From Mobula hypostoma (Eukaryota): a DNA stretch of 64,000 nucleotides. Position 1 is the first letter of the stretch. Every line of letters starts with the position of its first letter. The notes below the pieces were generated by a model that was not told where the DNA came from, searched no databases, and saw only the letters and a program-made list of their open reading frames with translations. The stretch covers positions 110,362,001 through 110,426,000 of the forward strand of contig NC_086108.1 in assembly GCF_963921235.1 (NCBI RefSeq), given 5' to 3'. Shown piece after piece: positions 37,459 to 49,500 of the stretch. Made by a program: the position numbers and the translations under genes.

Positions 37459-38500
37459 TAAAACCTCAAAAAGGGATATAATAAAAAAGTATCCAAAAAA
37501 GAAGCAAAAGACTATATGAACAGCCAAAACGTAAGCTTATTGAAACCTTATTTCAAATTCATATTAACAGAGGAAAAAATTGATCAAATAAGAAATATAA
37601 CAGTTTTAGACTTCATCCTTCAGAAATTCCTTTGCATCTTCAACGGACTTTATTCTTTTTCGCAATCTGTTCTTCAAAACAATAGTCAGACGGGCAGGAA
37701 ATCGAAGGGATGGTTTAAATCCTTTATTATAAAGTTCTGACATAACCTCTTTATATTTCATACGATCAACCATAACTTCAGGCGAATAATCTTCCACAAA
37801 TCTGACCTTGTCGATCATTCCTTGTTGACGGGTATGGCGAATTAAAAGGTCCTTAATATGAAATTCATGAAAACTTAGAATGACCGACCTGGGTCTCGCT
37901 GCCGACGACAATGGCTTTGAAGTCAGCGAGTGATATGCTCGATCAAGCTTCGGCTCAGAAGTTAATAGAACAGGGAATAGCTATTTCAGAAAGTTTGCAA
38001 TGAACTTCGTAGGGTCAGCGCCTTCAATTGATTCTTCAAGACCCAGAATTCGCAAGTTATTTCTTCGGTTTCTAGTTTCTAGACTGATAATCCTTTTCAT
38101 CATTTTTTCATTGAATAAGGATAACTCTTTGCAGAGTTTAAATGTATCTTCAAGATCCTCTTCAAGTGTCACCAGCTTTGCAGTGTTTACCTGAATTCGG
38201 TTCTCATGCTCAGTTAAAGTTTGTTGGATTGTATCCAATTTGCCATTAAGTCGTTGAAACTCCTCGGAAAATTTGGATTTTTGCCTTTTAAGGAAGTCAC
38301 TGATTGAATCCAAAGTGACTGGGGATTCATCTTCTGTTTCTCTTGCTTTTGCAGAAGCTTTTGTTCTTTTCCCAGCCATAGTAGAGCAGTATTAAAGTAT
38401 TATAATAAGGTTTCAAAAAAAACTGGTAGGAGACAATAAAGTAAATAGGGTAGGAGCAATCTGAAACGATGTTACTCCATCAGCTGCCAACAGGCTCTGA

Positions 38501-38758
38501 TATTAGATGTTTCAACCCTGTGGAAAAGATATACCACCTGTTTATCCTATCTCTGTCTCCTGATCTTTTACACTTCTATCAGATCTCTTCATCTTCATCT
38601 ACTAAAGGCAAGCATACCATACAACTTTTTTTTAACAGCGCAGCCACTTTCAGGTTCCTGTGGTCTCACCCTAAGACCCTTCTGTACATTAGATGTAAGC
38701 ATTGCAGAGTTAATGTTCCCCTTTGATATTATTTTCTCTCAAGTGATTTTAATAACCA
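38501..38758. repeat. Right copy of the duplication flanking the L1, lacking about 210 bp internally
   Basis: Near-identical to 30676-31139 without 30763-30972. CTTCAT is tandemly doubled at the deletion junction. Confidence 0.92.
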
Positions 38759-38765
38759 GTGGTTC

Positions 38766-39201
38766 ATGTATAAGGACCATTTGATGGCTCTGGGCCTGTG
38801 CTCACTGGAGTTTAGAAGAATGAGAAGGGGGATCTCATGGAAACCTAACAAATATTGAAAGGCCTGGATAGAATGGATGTGGAGAGGATGTTTCCTTCAG
38901 AGGGGAGTCTAGTATCAGAGACAACAGCCTCAGAATAGAGGGACGTCCATTTAGAACAGAGATAAGGAGGAATTTGTTTAGCCAGTGGGCAGTGAATCTG
39001 TGGAATTCATTGCCACAGATGGCTGTGGAGGACAAGTCATTGGGAATAGTTAAAGTGGAGGTTGATAACTTCTTAATTAGTCAGGGTGTCAAAGGTTATG
39101 GGAAGAAGATAAAAGGGATAATAAATCAGCATGATGGAATGGCAGTGCAGAGTTGATGGGCCGATTGTCCTGGTTCTGCTCCTGTGTCTTCTGGTCTTAT
39201 G
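38766..39201 (+). mobile_element. Old CR1 3' fragment
   Basis: LGL.SLEFRRMR..FSQWAVNLWNSLPQ and (tcttatg) tail. Confidence 0.75.
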
Positions 39202-39512
39202 AACCATTCAGGGAAATGCATTGTCTTCCATCAACAATCAACACGGTCCAGGGGTGTGCTGGGGCAGCCCACAAGTGTTGACACACTTCCGGTGACAACA
39301 TAGCATGTCCACAACTCACTAACCCTTCTAACCCTTACTTGCAGTCATAGGGAGAACATGCAGACTCTTTACAGACAACGGCAGGAGTTGAACCCAGACT
39401 GGTGATTGCTTGTGTTGGCCGCTAGCCTAATGTGCTTAATGATTGTATGGTGACAGGGAGGTGGTTTTCAAATACCTTATCTCTATCTCATATGTGGTTA
39501 TATGTTTTCCAG

Positions 39513-39638
39513 GTGGAAGCTCCGTTCATACCCAAGTGTAGAGGTCCAGGTGACACCAGCAATTTCGATGATTATGAAGAGGAGGACATCCGTGTCTCTT
39601 TAACTGAAAAATGTGCTAAAGAATTTGCTGATTTTTAG
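39513..39638 (+). CDS. PRKACB: PKA-C last coding exon: [41 protein letters not shown]
   Basis: ttccag| acceptor and TAG stop. The C-tail (..[18 protein letters not shown]) is C-beta-like rather than C-alpha-like (KG..EEEEIRVSINEKCGKEF). Some internal residues ([11 protein letters not shown]) are alpha-like, so paralog identity is about 0.85 certain. Confidence 0.93.
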   Translation: MEAPFIPKCRGPGDTSNFDDYEEEDIRVSLTEKCAKEFADF

Positions 39639-41935
39639 AAAGAGTAAGAGACCATCAGGGCTTGTATTGGGATCTTTGCACTCTGCTAACAGATGGGGTG
39701 GAGTTGAAACCATCTTACTCGTCGAAACAATTACTTAGTTTCTTCATTCCACATGGCTGAGATCCTCCTTTGCCATAATTCATGTGTGCATTTGGCACAA
39801 CCCTCATACACAGGCACATTTACTCAAAGCACTACCTGTGCTGCAACACAAAAAAAAACTTAGACCACTTTCTTATCGTTTCCTTCCCACCCTCCCCCCC
39901 TCACACTTTGTTCTATAGCCCGTCGCCTTTGTGTTATGTCATTTGACCACCCCCCCGCCCCCTTTTTAAAACAAAAAGATTACGGCAATTTGCAGAGAGT
40001 GAAACATTTTAAGTGTAAAGATAGAGCAAGTGTTTCAGGATTTTTTTTTGCACTCGGTGTGAGTTAACTCAAGGTGAAAGCTGAACATTGCTTCTAGTGC
40101 TTGCCAGCCACAGCTCCTGTCATGTCTGAGAGACCACAGTCGTAGAACACCTTAACCTTGTAGAATCAGTCTCCTGGAACCTACCTACACAGCATCTTTG
40201 ACATTTTTCTTTTGAAAGTAGAATTGTTCTGTGCATTTATATATATACTGAATGAAAGTGATTCTCCTGGACAGGACCAAACTGAAGTAGAATTATAATT
40301 GGATGAATGGAGCAGGGTACACACAGATGGTGCCTTGAATTCTCCTGTACTGTCAAATTCAGCTGCACTTCCCAGTTTTCTTCTTGTGTGCACATCTGGG
40401 CAGGCTCCAGGTCTGACATTACCAGACACTGCAACTGCAGCATGTAGCCTCGATAAAGCTGCCGGCAGGCGATCTTCAGGACAGCTCTGTCCACCCATTT
40501 TTGTGTCATGTCAAACCATAGTCTGTCTGTGGATTTGCCCTCCTACTTGAACAGGGTTGCATTCTGCTCATTTGGAGATCAAAAGGCAGGGAATTGGATG
40601 TTGGGGGAGGGGTGGGTGGGAAGAGGGTAGAAAGGGTTACAAAGCAAGTTTTCTTCAACCACAGCAGCATCAAATACTAACAGGGAAAGGCGGCATGAAA
40701 TGGTTCTCCTCATGCTGATTTGACATCAGAAACTTGAAGTGGCATGGGCGAGTGGTCTTGCAAGTGGATTCTGTCCCTGTCAGCAACCACAGTGTGTGTG
40801 CAGTGGGCCCGTATTCTATTTTAGTTAAAGATGCTGCAGCGATAGTGGTGGTCACTGCCAGGAGTGTGTTTGATTCCAAAGCAGACATTGTGATGCTAAA
40901 TAAAAGGTTTGGGAAACTACTAAACGATTAAATCACTCCGCAACTGGCTTTTCAGAAGTAAAATTTTGGTTCCTGCATTGCGAAATACTTAACACAGGTA
41001 ACGACTGCCATGTTTCCACAATTTTTTATATAAATATATATATATTTGTGTTTGTCTCCCTGGGAACAGATCATAGAGTTTGCAAGCTTTACGTTCAGCT
41101 ACTGGTTAGATGCATTGTCACATAATGACATAATCTGTTGCTACAGGAAAGACTAGCCAAGACATTGCTAGTTAAAGCAATTTTCCTCTATTTCACTGTT
41201 GGTAAGTCATAGATAATGGATTCAGTGGATCTGTACATGTTAACATTTTTAACCAATTCATTTTAATCAAATTAGTTTTATTTGTACCAATTTTGATCTT
41301 TCTTTTGCATATATATAGATAGATGTGTATTTATATGTATATATGTGAAACGATCCTCAAACAGTTTAAATTGAAATGGTTTCTTATGTACAGATGTAGG
41401 CTGGATTCAGATTGGTTCCGATATTTACAGGAAAGAAAGGCTATGAAGTTTTAATAAATCAACTTAATTTGGCATAGAGCTGGTATATTTGCTTGTGTTA
41501 GCACTAAAGAAACATGGACACACACTCTTAACCTGAAGGGCACTCGTCAAAGTAAGGCCTTTGTAGACATTCGCATTACCAGTGTGAGCTGTAATATCAG
41601 ACATTCTGTTTGTCCTCTTGGCTGTTCCGACATTTGCATAATGTCCAGTACAAGGCTGGCACCAACAGCAGTTTTCCATTTCCCCATATTTACCTGTATG
41701 TGCAAGGGAAGTATACAATCTTTGCTGTAGCAGATTTTATGTAACTAAAGAAATGTAAGGTCACATTAATAAATTTAAAAGTTCCTTTGTATGAAAATGT
41801 TAAAATCTTTTGTATTTCATTTAGACCGAAGACATGCTGTTGTATGCTAGCTGTATGCGATAAATTCTACAGTAACGTTGTTGTCGTTTATGGACTTAAA
41901 GGTTTTAATAAACGCTGAAGATCACATTTCTGGCT
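39639..41935 (+). other. Putative long 3' UTR of the PKA-C gene
   Basis: About 2.3 kb with no recognisable TE in an otherwise TE-saturated window. AATAAA at 40899, 41453, 41768 and 41907. 3' end is inferred. Confidence 0.7.
41907..41912 (+). promoter_or_regulatory. Candidate distal polyadenylation signal AATAAA
   Basis: Last AATAAA of the TE-free block, followed by a GT/T-rich stretch (ggctttgtgtt). Confidence 0.5.
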
Positions 41936-44544
41936 GGCTTGTGTTATTAAAGCATCAATGATGTGATGCTCTTTAAGCTTACGGCTTGAGTCTGGGAAGA
42001 ATTGTAGTGGAATGTTTTGTTTGAAAGGAGTGGGTAAGATCTTTGTGATTCCTGTTTTGACTTGTATCACCACGCAGTTGTATATATTCTAATTTCTGTT
42101 TTTTTTAAATCACACTTGTTGAGTTGATTAATAGCTCACACAAATGGCTCATTCATTTTCTTTCAGACATTCACAGTAAATACAAGAAAAGCAACAGAAT
42201 CAAAAGGTTTCAAAGGTACATTTAATGTCAGAGGAATGTACAATATACATCCTGAATTTCTTTTTCTTCGCAAACATCCACGAAAACAGAGGAGTGCCCC
42301 AAAGAATGAAGGACAGTTAAATGTACCCAAACCCACCCCCCCCCATGCATAAGCAGCAGCAAAGCATCAACCCCCCCCACCAGCAAAAAAAGCATCGGCA
42401 CCCCCCACCAAGCACTCAAGTGTGCAGCAAAGCATCAATAAAGACACAGACTTGCAGTGCCCCAGAGACTACTCGTTCACCCGGTAATTTGACATACCAC
42501 GGTGTATGTGTGTGTGTCTCTCTCTCTCTCTGTCTCTCCCTCTCCCCCTCGCTCTCTGTCCTCCTCTCCCCCTAATAAGGGAAAAAGAGGTGTTCCTGTT
42601 TCACTGCGAAAGGGGAGACATAACAAAGCAACTTGCAGAATTATGGTGTTAAAAATCTGTTGCGTCACGTTTTCCAAGCTCTGTGCCCACAGTACCCGGG
42701 TCTCTGGGCATACGGCCAGCTCGCTGCTTACGATCTTCCATCTCCCACAATGCATCAGGCGGCGGCACCAGCCTTGAGTCCACCTGCCTCCAGAGCCACA
42801 AAAATCTGACACCCTGAAGACGCGCTAGACTTCTGGGCCGCATCCTTGGCATATCGAAAAGTGGCCGGTGTGAGGCCCCAGGAGTAGGTCCCATTTCCAC
42901 AAAGAACCGAAATCAGTGTGTAACTCCAGGTCAGGGTCTTCAAAAGAACCCTGAAAAGGAAAGATTGCATCCAACAGGACGGATAAACAGCCATTGTGCA
43001 AATACAAAAAGAAAGAAAAAAATAATAAGTACAAACAAACAATAAATATCAAAAATGAGATGAAGAGACCTTGAAAATGAGTGGATAAGTTGTAGGAACA
43101 GTTCAGTGATGGGTCAAGTGAAATTAACTTCTCTGGTTCAAGAGCCTGATGGTTGAGGGTTAATGACTGTTCCTGAACCTGGTAGTGTGATTCCTGAGGC
43201 TCCTGTACCACCTCCATGATGGCAACAGTAAAAAAGATGGTGGGGATCCTTGACGATGGATGCTGCTTTCTTGCAACAGCACTCCTTGTAGATGTAGATA
43301 GTTCAAATGATTCATTTTACAAGTCTCTGCCAGATTGCTTCTTGCTAGAGGATTCCTAACAGCAGACTTATCCCATTTTTTGCGAATACCATGGTTGTGT
43401 TGCATAAACACAAGAGATTCTACAAATGCTGAAAATCCAGAGGAGAGAAAGGTTTGATTAATCTTAGAGCAGCTTAAAAGCTCAGCACCTTGTGCTATAA
43501 AGTCCTTATGAAAGGTCTCAGCCTGAAACGTCGACTGTTTATCTCCTTGGATGGTTCCAAGCCTGCTGAGTACCTCTAACATTTTGTGTGTTACTATGGA
43601 TACATTACATTGAATTTTCTAGTCTTAACGATGTTCAAAGTTCTTGCTCATTAGAAATGTTTATTCCTTCTTGTGGTATGTTCATTGACTCGTCTATTAC
43701 ATTGTGAACTGAATGTTTGCATTAGTACCATTAACTGAGGGGTCCATGGATTCCAAGTTGGTTTAAATGAACCCTGACTGACCTCTTATTCCATAGAGTT
43801 GTACAATGTGGAAATGACCCTTCAGCCCAACTCATCTATGCCAACCAAGATGAAATTATCCCTCATCATTTCTAACCAGAGACACCAAAGTTCAAGTTTA
43901 TTGTCATCTGACTGCACATACATACAACCAAATGAAACAGCGTTTATCTCCACTGTGGTGCACCCAGACAACATATATCACACATAGCACATAAGACAAA
44001 ATATTACCACAAATAAAGTTATAAATATAATTCAAAATGCATGTAGTGTGCAGCACAGGTGAACAGTAAACAGTTCACAGTCCTAGTGATGAGACCTCGG
44101 TGGTGACAGAGTGTCCATTAGTCTAAGGGAAGAAGCTGTTACCTAGATGGCAGCCCTAGTCTTGATGCTTCTATATCTCCTTCCTGACAGTCGTGGGTCA
44201 AAGAAATTGTGGGGTGGGTGGTAGGGATCCTCAACAATGCTTTGGCCCCTTTATATACAACAGTACGGGTAAATGGGGTGGGGGGCACAAGCGATGCCAG
44301 TGATCCTCTCGGGTCAGCTGACATGGCGGGACATGCACTTGACAGTATGCCGATGTACTCTGGACAAACTCTCAGCCTCATGCTTGACCTTAGCTGATTA
44401 GATCTGAATGTCAGAGAGAGAGAGTACAGAATTGAAGTCTCAAACCACAACTAGCAGCCCTCTGGTTTTGTTCTTCATCTAATTAGAATGACCAAGGCAC
44501 CTTTTTATTCTTAGACTATTTGTCCCTCTTTTTACTTCTTTACT

Positions 44545-44865
44545 CATTGCTCATTACATCTGCTGGTGTTTAGGGCAGCAACAAAGGTCCTCCATCTCTC
44601 TGTCCTTGGCCACTCAGATGTAGAAATCTTCATTGCTGTTTCCATAATAACTTTCTTTTACCAGTCAGGATTGTTAGCCCTGAGCTGAACCCCTGATTCA
44701 GGAGGACCAGTAGATCACTCTTAGTCTGGCCTCTACCTTTTGACTTGTTTGGCATGACCCTACCAAGAGCCAAAGCATAAAGCCCTGACTCCAGCCAACC
44801 TAGCTTTCCGGATCATTGAGGCATATAAGTCTCCAAACCCTACAACAAGGTTATGGTCCTCTTGG
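44545..44865 (-). mobile_element. Possible RTE-UTR-derived short element
   Basis: GTTAGCCCTGAGCTGAACCCC..GGAGGACCAG..GTCTGGCCTCTACC..GACCCTACC resembles the antisense of RTE 5' UTRs, recognised from memory only. Confidence 0.4.
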
Positions 44866-45186
44866 AGGTTATCCCTCTTCACTAACAACTAATTGGTATT
44901 TGGACCACATGATACAAGCCAACTTTGACCATTCAGTCCATCAAATTTTCTCTGCCATCAGCTCCACTGTCCTGCATTCTCCCCATAACCCTAAACCCCT
45001 TTACCAATCTGACCTATCTTTAAATATATTCCTCTGCCATAAATACATCCGGTGGCTTGCCCTCCATCAGCCTCTAGGGTAATGAATCCCACAGGTTCAC
45101 TACTCTGCCTAAAGTTCTTCCTCATCTCTGTTTTTAAAGGGATGTCCCTTTACTCTGAGGCTGTGAACTTGGATCCTAATGTCTAC

Positions 45187-46061
45187 TGTTACATACTTCG
45201 TGGATATCTTGTGACTGTTTTATGAGGATGATGTAATGGTCTTGCAGAGGTCACATGATGTAATTTTCCTGCCAGTGAGGTCACATGTTCTCAACAGGTA
45301 TATAAAAAGGACCCCTGAAGTGACGCAATTAGTTTTCAGTTAGATCGTCAGTCAGACACTCCTCTATGCTGCATATTCGTCCCATGACGCAGTTTAGTTT
45401 TAAAACGGAGTTTTACTTTATATTGTAAGGTACAGAAGTGTTGGGCCGGCAGTTTCACCAATAGCTCCCAGCTTTGTTGGTGTACCTTTTCAGTAGTACT
45501 GGAGAGTGAAGACGTTACTAAGTTACGGAACCTGAAGGAGCCGAGTAAAGCTGATATCGTTCGGCGGTATTGCAGAAGATCAACCATTATTGAGTCTTCA
45601 TTCAAGAAAGAGTGATCTGCATGAGATAACCTCTGCTAAAGCAGAAAGGGTTGTGCAGTGTCTATTCTACCCAGGAAAAGGTCAGTTCCTTTAAACCGTT
45701 TTATTTGCGTCGTCATGAATCCTGCGGACAAGGCAGGTTCTGGCTGGAATCAGCAATAACGTCAAGTCTTCGAGGAATTCTTTACTTCAGGAAAGTCTCC
45801 TAATTGATAAATCTCTTGGACTTTCGAAATTACCATTCTAAGAACTGTGTTCTAATTTGCCACTTTAATACTGTGTTCGCATTTACCGCTTTAAGAACCA
45901 GTACTGAGTGGCGATTTGTTAAATGGCCGCATAGCAGTTTACTTCTGGTTAAGGTTTTCGTTTGTTTGTCTATTTACCAATGTTGAGCAGAGTTTAATAA
46001 ATGTTTATTTGTTTATAAAACCTGACTCATTTCTATATTCATTGTGGCTGGTCACGTGCCA
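45187..46061 (+). mobile_element. Solo LTR (875 bp) inserted in a CR1 fragment
   Basis: TGTTACA...TGCCA ends. 4-bp TSD CTAC at 45183-86 and 46062-65. TATATAAAA near 45299 and AATAAA near 45996. Confidence 0.82.
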
Positions 46062-46508
46062 CTACCATTAATAGAGACATTCTCTGCACAAGCATTCTGC
46101 CAGGCTTTTTTGTCTCTGGTAAGTTTCAATGAGATCCTTCCCTGCCCCCATCCTTTTGAACTCCCAAGTGTAGGTCCAGTGATATCAAGTGATCCTCATC
46201 ATTCTTGTGAACCTCCTCTGGACCTTCAGGGCCAGCATCTCTTTCCCTGGATACAAGCCCAGAATTGCTCACAATATTCCAAATGCAAGCTGACCTGAGC
46301 CATATAAAAACCTCCGCTGTACATCCTTTCCTTTTACTGAGATGGTGGTCTAGGAAATTGATTGCCAATCCTGTGTCCAGACAGAATCAATTGTGTGATG
46401 TGTGTCAGTAAAGTCTCTGATCATGCAATTAATGTTAGTACATCTGAAGCAGATGAGGTGTTTTGGAACTTGTATTAAAAAGAATAATCTTGTAACTCAA
46501 AAGCAATT

Positions 46509-49500
46509 GGTGGCATCCGTTAGTCTCGTGAGACCATGGATCTGCACCTGGAAAGTCTTGCTTCAGTCTGTGTTAGAGCAGCGTCTGTTGTGGTGTAGAG
46601 GCCCACACGGGAGTGACAGTCTCGGCTGCAGCGACTGCACTTGAAGGCGCTGTCCTCCAGTGTTGTCTTGGTGCTGTTTTTTCAGCGAGTGTGCTTTTCT
46701 TCAGCAGCAAGCCTCAGCTTCTCTTCTCCTCTTTTTAGACCTCTGCGTAGTTCTAGCCTCCAGCAAGAGTGATCATTTGCAATGTCCTCCCACTTCTCGA
46801 CGTTCATGTTCAGTGACTTCATGTCTCTCTTGCAGACATCTTTGAAATGAAGATGGGGAGGCCCTTTTGCTCTCTTGCCGGAGGCCAGTTCCCCGAACAG
46901 CAGGTCTTTCGGGATCCTCCCGTCTGGCATGCGGTGTACATGGCCCAGCCAGCAGAGTTGGCGTTGCTGGAGCAGAGTTCAAAGAGGCTGGGTATCTGGG
47001 CGCAGGCCAGGACCTCATTGTTGGTGACTTGGTCAGTCCACTTGTTGTCCAGGATGCGTCTCAAGCTGCGAAGGTGGAAGGTGTTGAAATGCCACTCTTG
47101 TCTGTAGTAGAGGCTCCAGTCTCGCTGCCGTAAAGCAGTGTGCTGATGACGCAGGCCCTGTAGACTGCAACTTTGGTGTGCGTCGTCAGCTTTCTGTTCT
47201 CCCAGACTCTCTTTGTCAGCCTGGCGAATGTTGAGGCTGCTCGTCCGATCCGTCTGTTGATCTCGGGGTCTAGGGAGAGGCTGTCCGTGATGGTGGAGCC
47301 AAGGTATGTAACCTTGTGAACTACTTCCAACTCGTTGTTGATGGTAATGGCAGGGGGGGTGCTCAATGCCTTGGCCCAACACGTTGGTCTTCTTCAGGCT
47401 GATGGTCAAGCTGAAGTCCTGGCAGGCTCTTGAGAAGTTGTCCATGAGGCACTGCAGTTGCTCTTCAGAGTGTGTTGCCAGTGCCACGTCATCTGCAAAC
47501 AACATGTCCCTGATGAGTACTTCATGAACCTTGGTTTTCACCCTCAGCTGGGACAGAGTGAACAGCCTCCCGTCCGATCTGGTGTGGAGGTAGACACCAT
47601 CAGTTGATGTTCCAAAGGCGTGCTTCAGCATGACTGTGAAGAAGATGCCAAACAAGGTGGGGGCAAGCACACAGCCCTGCTTCATACCGCTACGGATGTT
47701 GAAGGCCTCCGAAGAAGAGCCGTCGAACTGAACGACGCCCTTCATGTCTGTGTGGAATGACTGAACTATCCTGAGGAGCCTCGGGGGACAACCAATCCTG
47801 GCGAGGATTTTGAACAGGCCGTCTCTGCTCACAAGGTCGAAGGCCTTCGTAAGGTCAATAAAAGCGATGTAGAGTGGTTGTCTTTGCTCTCTGCATTTCT
47901 CTTGTAGCTGTCGAAGGGAGAAGATCATGTCGATTGTGGAGCATTCTGACCTGAAACTGCACTGAGACTCGGGATATACCCTTTCGGCTATTTTCTGCAG
48001 TCTGTTCAGGACCAAGCGGGCAAAGACCTTCCCAACGATACTCAGCAAGGAGATTCCCCTGCAGTTGTTACAGTCGCTTCTGTCCCCTTTCTTCTTATGT
48101 ATGGTGACAATGTTGCAGTCTCTCATGTCCTGCGGCACTGCTCCCTCTATCCAGCACTGGCACAGTAGTTCATGCAGGTGGTTTAGCAGGATGCCTTTTG
48201 CGCATTTGATGGCCGCTGGCAGAATGCCATCCAATCCTGGTGCCTTCCCAGTGGGCAGGCTATCGATGGCTTTACCCAGCTCTTCAGCAGTCAGCAAGGC
48301 ATCAAGTTCCTCCACAACAGGGAGGCATTCCACGGCATCTAGCCCACTGTCTGAAATGCTGTTTTCTCTGGAGCAGGGTTTAGAGTAATGCTCCACCCAT
48401 CTTTCTAGCTGCTTGCCTTTGTCATTGATGGTCTCGCCTGTTATGGTTTTCAATGGTGCTGTCTTACTCTGGGTTGGCCCAATGGCTTCCTTGATTCCTT
48501 CGTACACTCCACAGATGTTGCCTGTGTCAAATGATGACTGAATGCTTTCGCATAATTGTAGCCAGTAGTCATTTGCACAGCATCTGGCTGTTTCCTGGGC
48601 CTTGCTTCTTGCTGTCCTTAGCGCTTGCCTGGGTGGGGTGGCGTTTGTGCCCTAATAGTGCAATACACTTTACCTATATGACAGCGGTGAGCTTACTTGA
48701 GCTCACTTCAAACCAGTCCTGTGTCTTGCCCCGTTTCTTCCCAAAGGCCTTGAGGGCAGTGCTGTGGATGGAGTCCCTGAGAGAGTGCCATCTCTGCTGA
48801 GCATCTCTTTCTGGTGGGTCCGCAAGGAGAGCATCCTCCAGTGACTTGATGAACTCTGCAGCTTTGTCTGGGTGTTGTGTCTTACTGGCATCGATGCGCT
48901 GCTTGCCTGGAGGCTTGGCCTAGTGCATCTTCTTCTGCCGAAGTCCAATCTTGCAGCAAACCAGAGAGTGATCCGTGTCGTAGTCAGCACTCTGAAAGGA
49001 GCGAGTCATGAGCACATTTCTCAGGTGATGGCATCTTGTGATTATCAGGTCTAGCTGGTGCCAGTGTTTGGAGCGGGGATGTTGCCAAGACACTTTGTGC
49101 TGAGCTTTGGTCTGGAAGTAGGTGTTGGTGACACACAATTCATGGAGCATGCAAAGCTCGAGCAGTCGTTGCCCGTTGTCATTCATGCTGCCAATCCCAT
49201 ACCGCCCCAGGCAGCTTGGCCAGGAGTCGTGGTCAGCACCCACTCTGGCGTTAAAGTCACCAAGTAGCAATAACTGTTCCTGACTTGGGATCTCCTGTAT
49301 CATCACTGAGAGCTGGTCATAGAACTCGTCCTTTGCGTCATGTGTAGAATAGAGGGATGGGGCATAGATGCAGACAAGGTTGACAGGCCCGTCGGATGCG
49401 TGGGGTCGAAGTGAGAAAATCCACTCCATCCCTTCCTTGCTAGGCTCTACCATCTTCAGCAGCGAGTTCTTCACGGCGAAGCCGACACCATGCTCTCTGG

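Larger units (their letters stand above)
31147..38500 (-). mobile_element. Near full-length L1-clade LINE (decayed), interrupted by a Tc1 element and a Rex1 fragment
   Basis: ORF1 38379-37606 (coiled coil, RRNNLRILGL). ORF2 from ATG 35503 (NINLFSLNVK, SDHSPV endonuclease; SLDAEKAFD, QRGT..GCPLSP, LYADD RT; C-terminal C..H..C) to about 31486, with many frameshifts. Minus-strand AATAAA near 31160. Confidence 0.9.

Noticed and set aside
39537..39539. Cys in the C-tail (PKCRGPG), and Tyr in KRYGN, as novel substitutions
   Set aside because: As I recall, both occur in other non-mammalian PKA-C sequences, so they are not evidence of novelty without an alignment.
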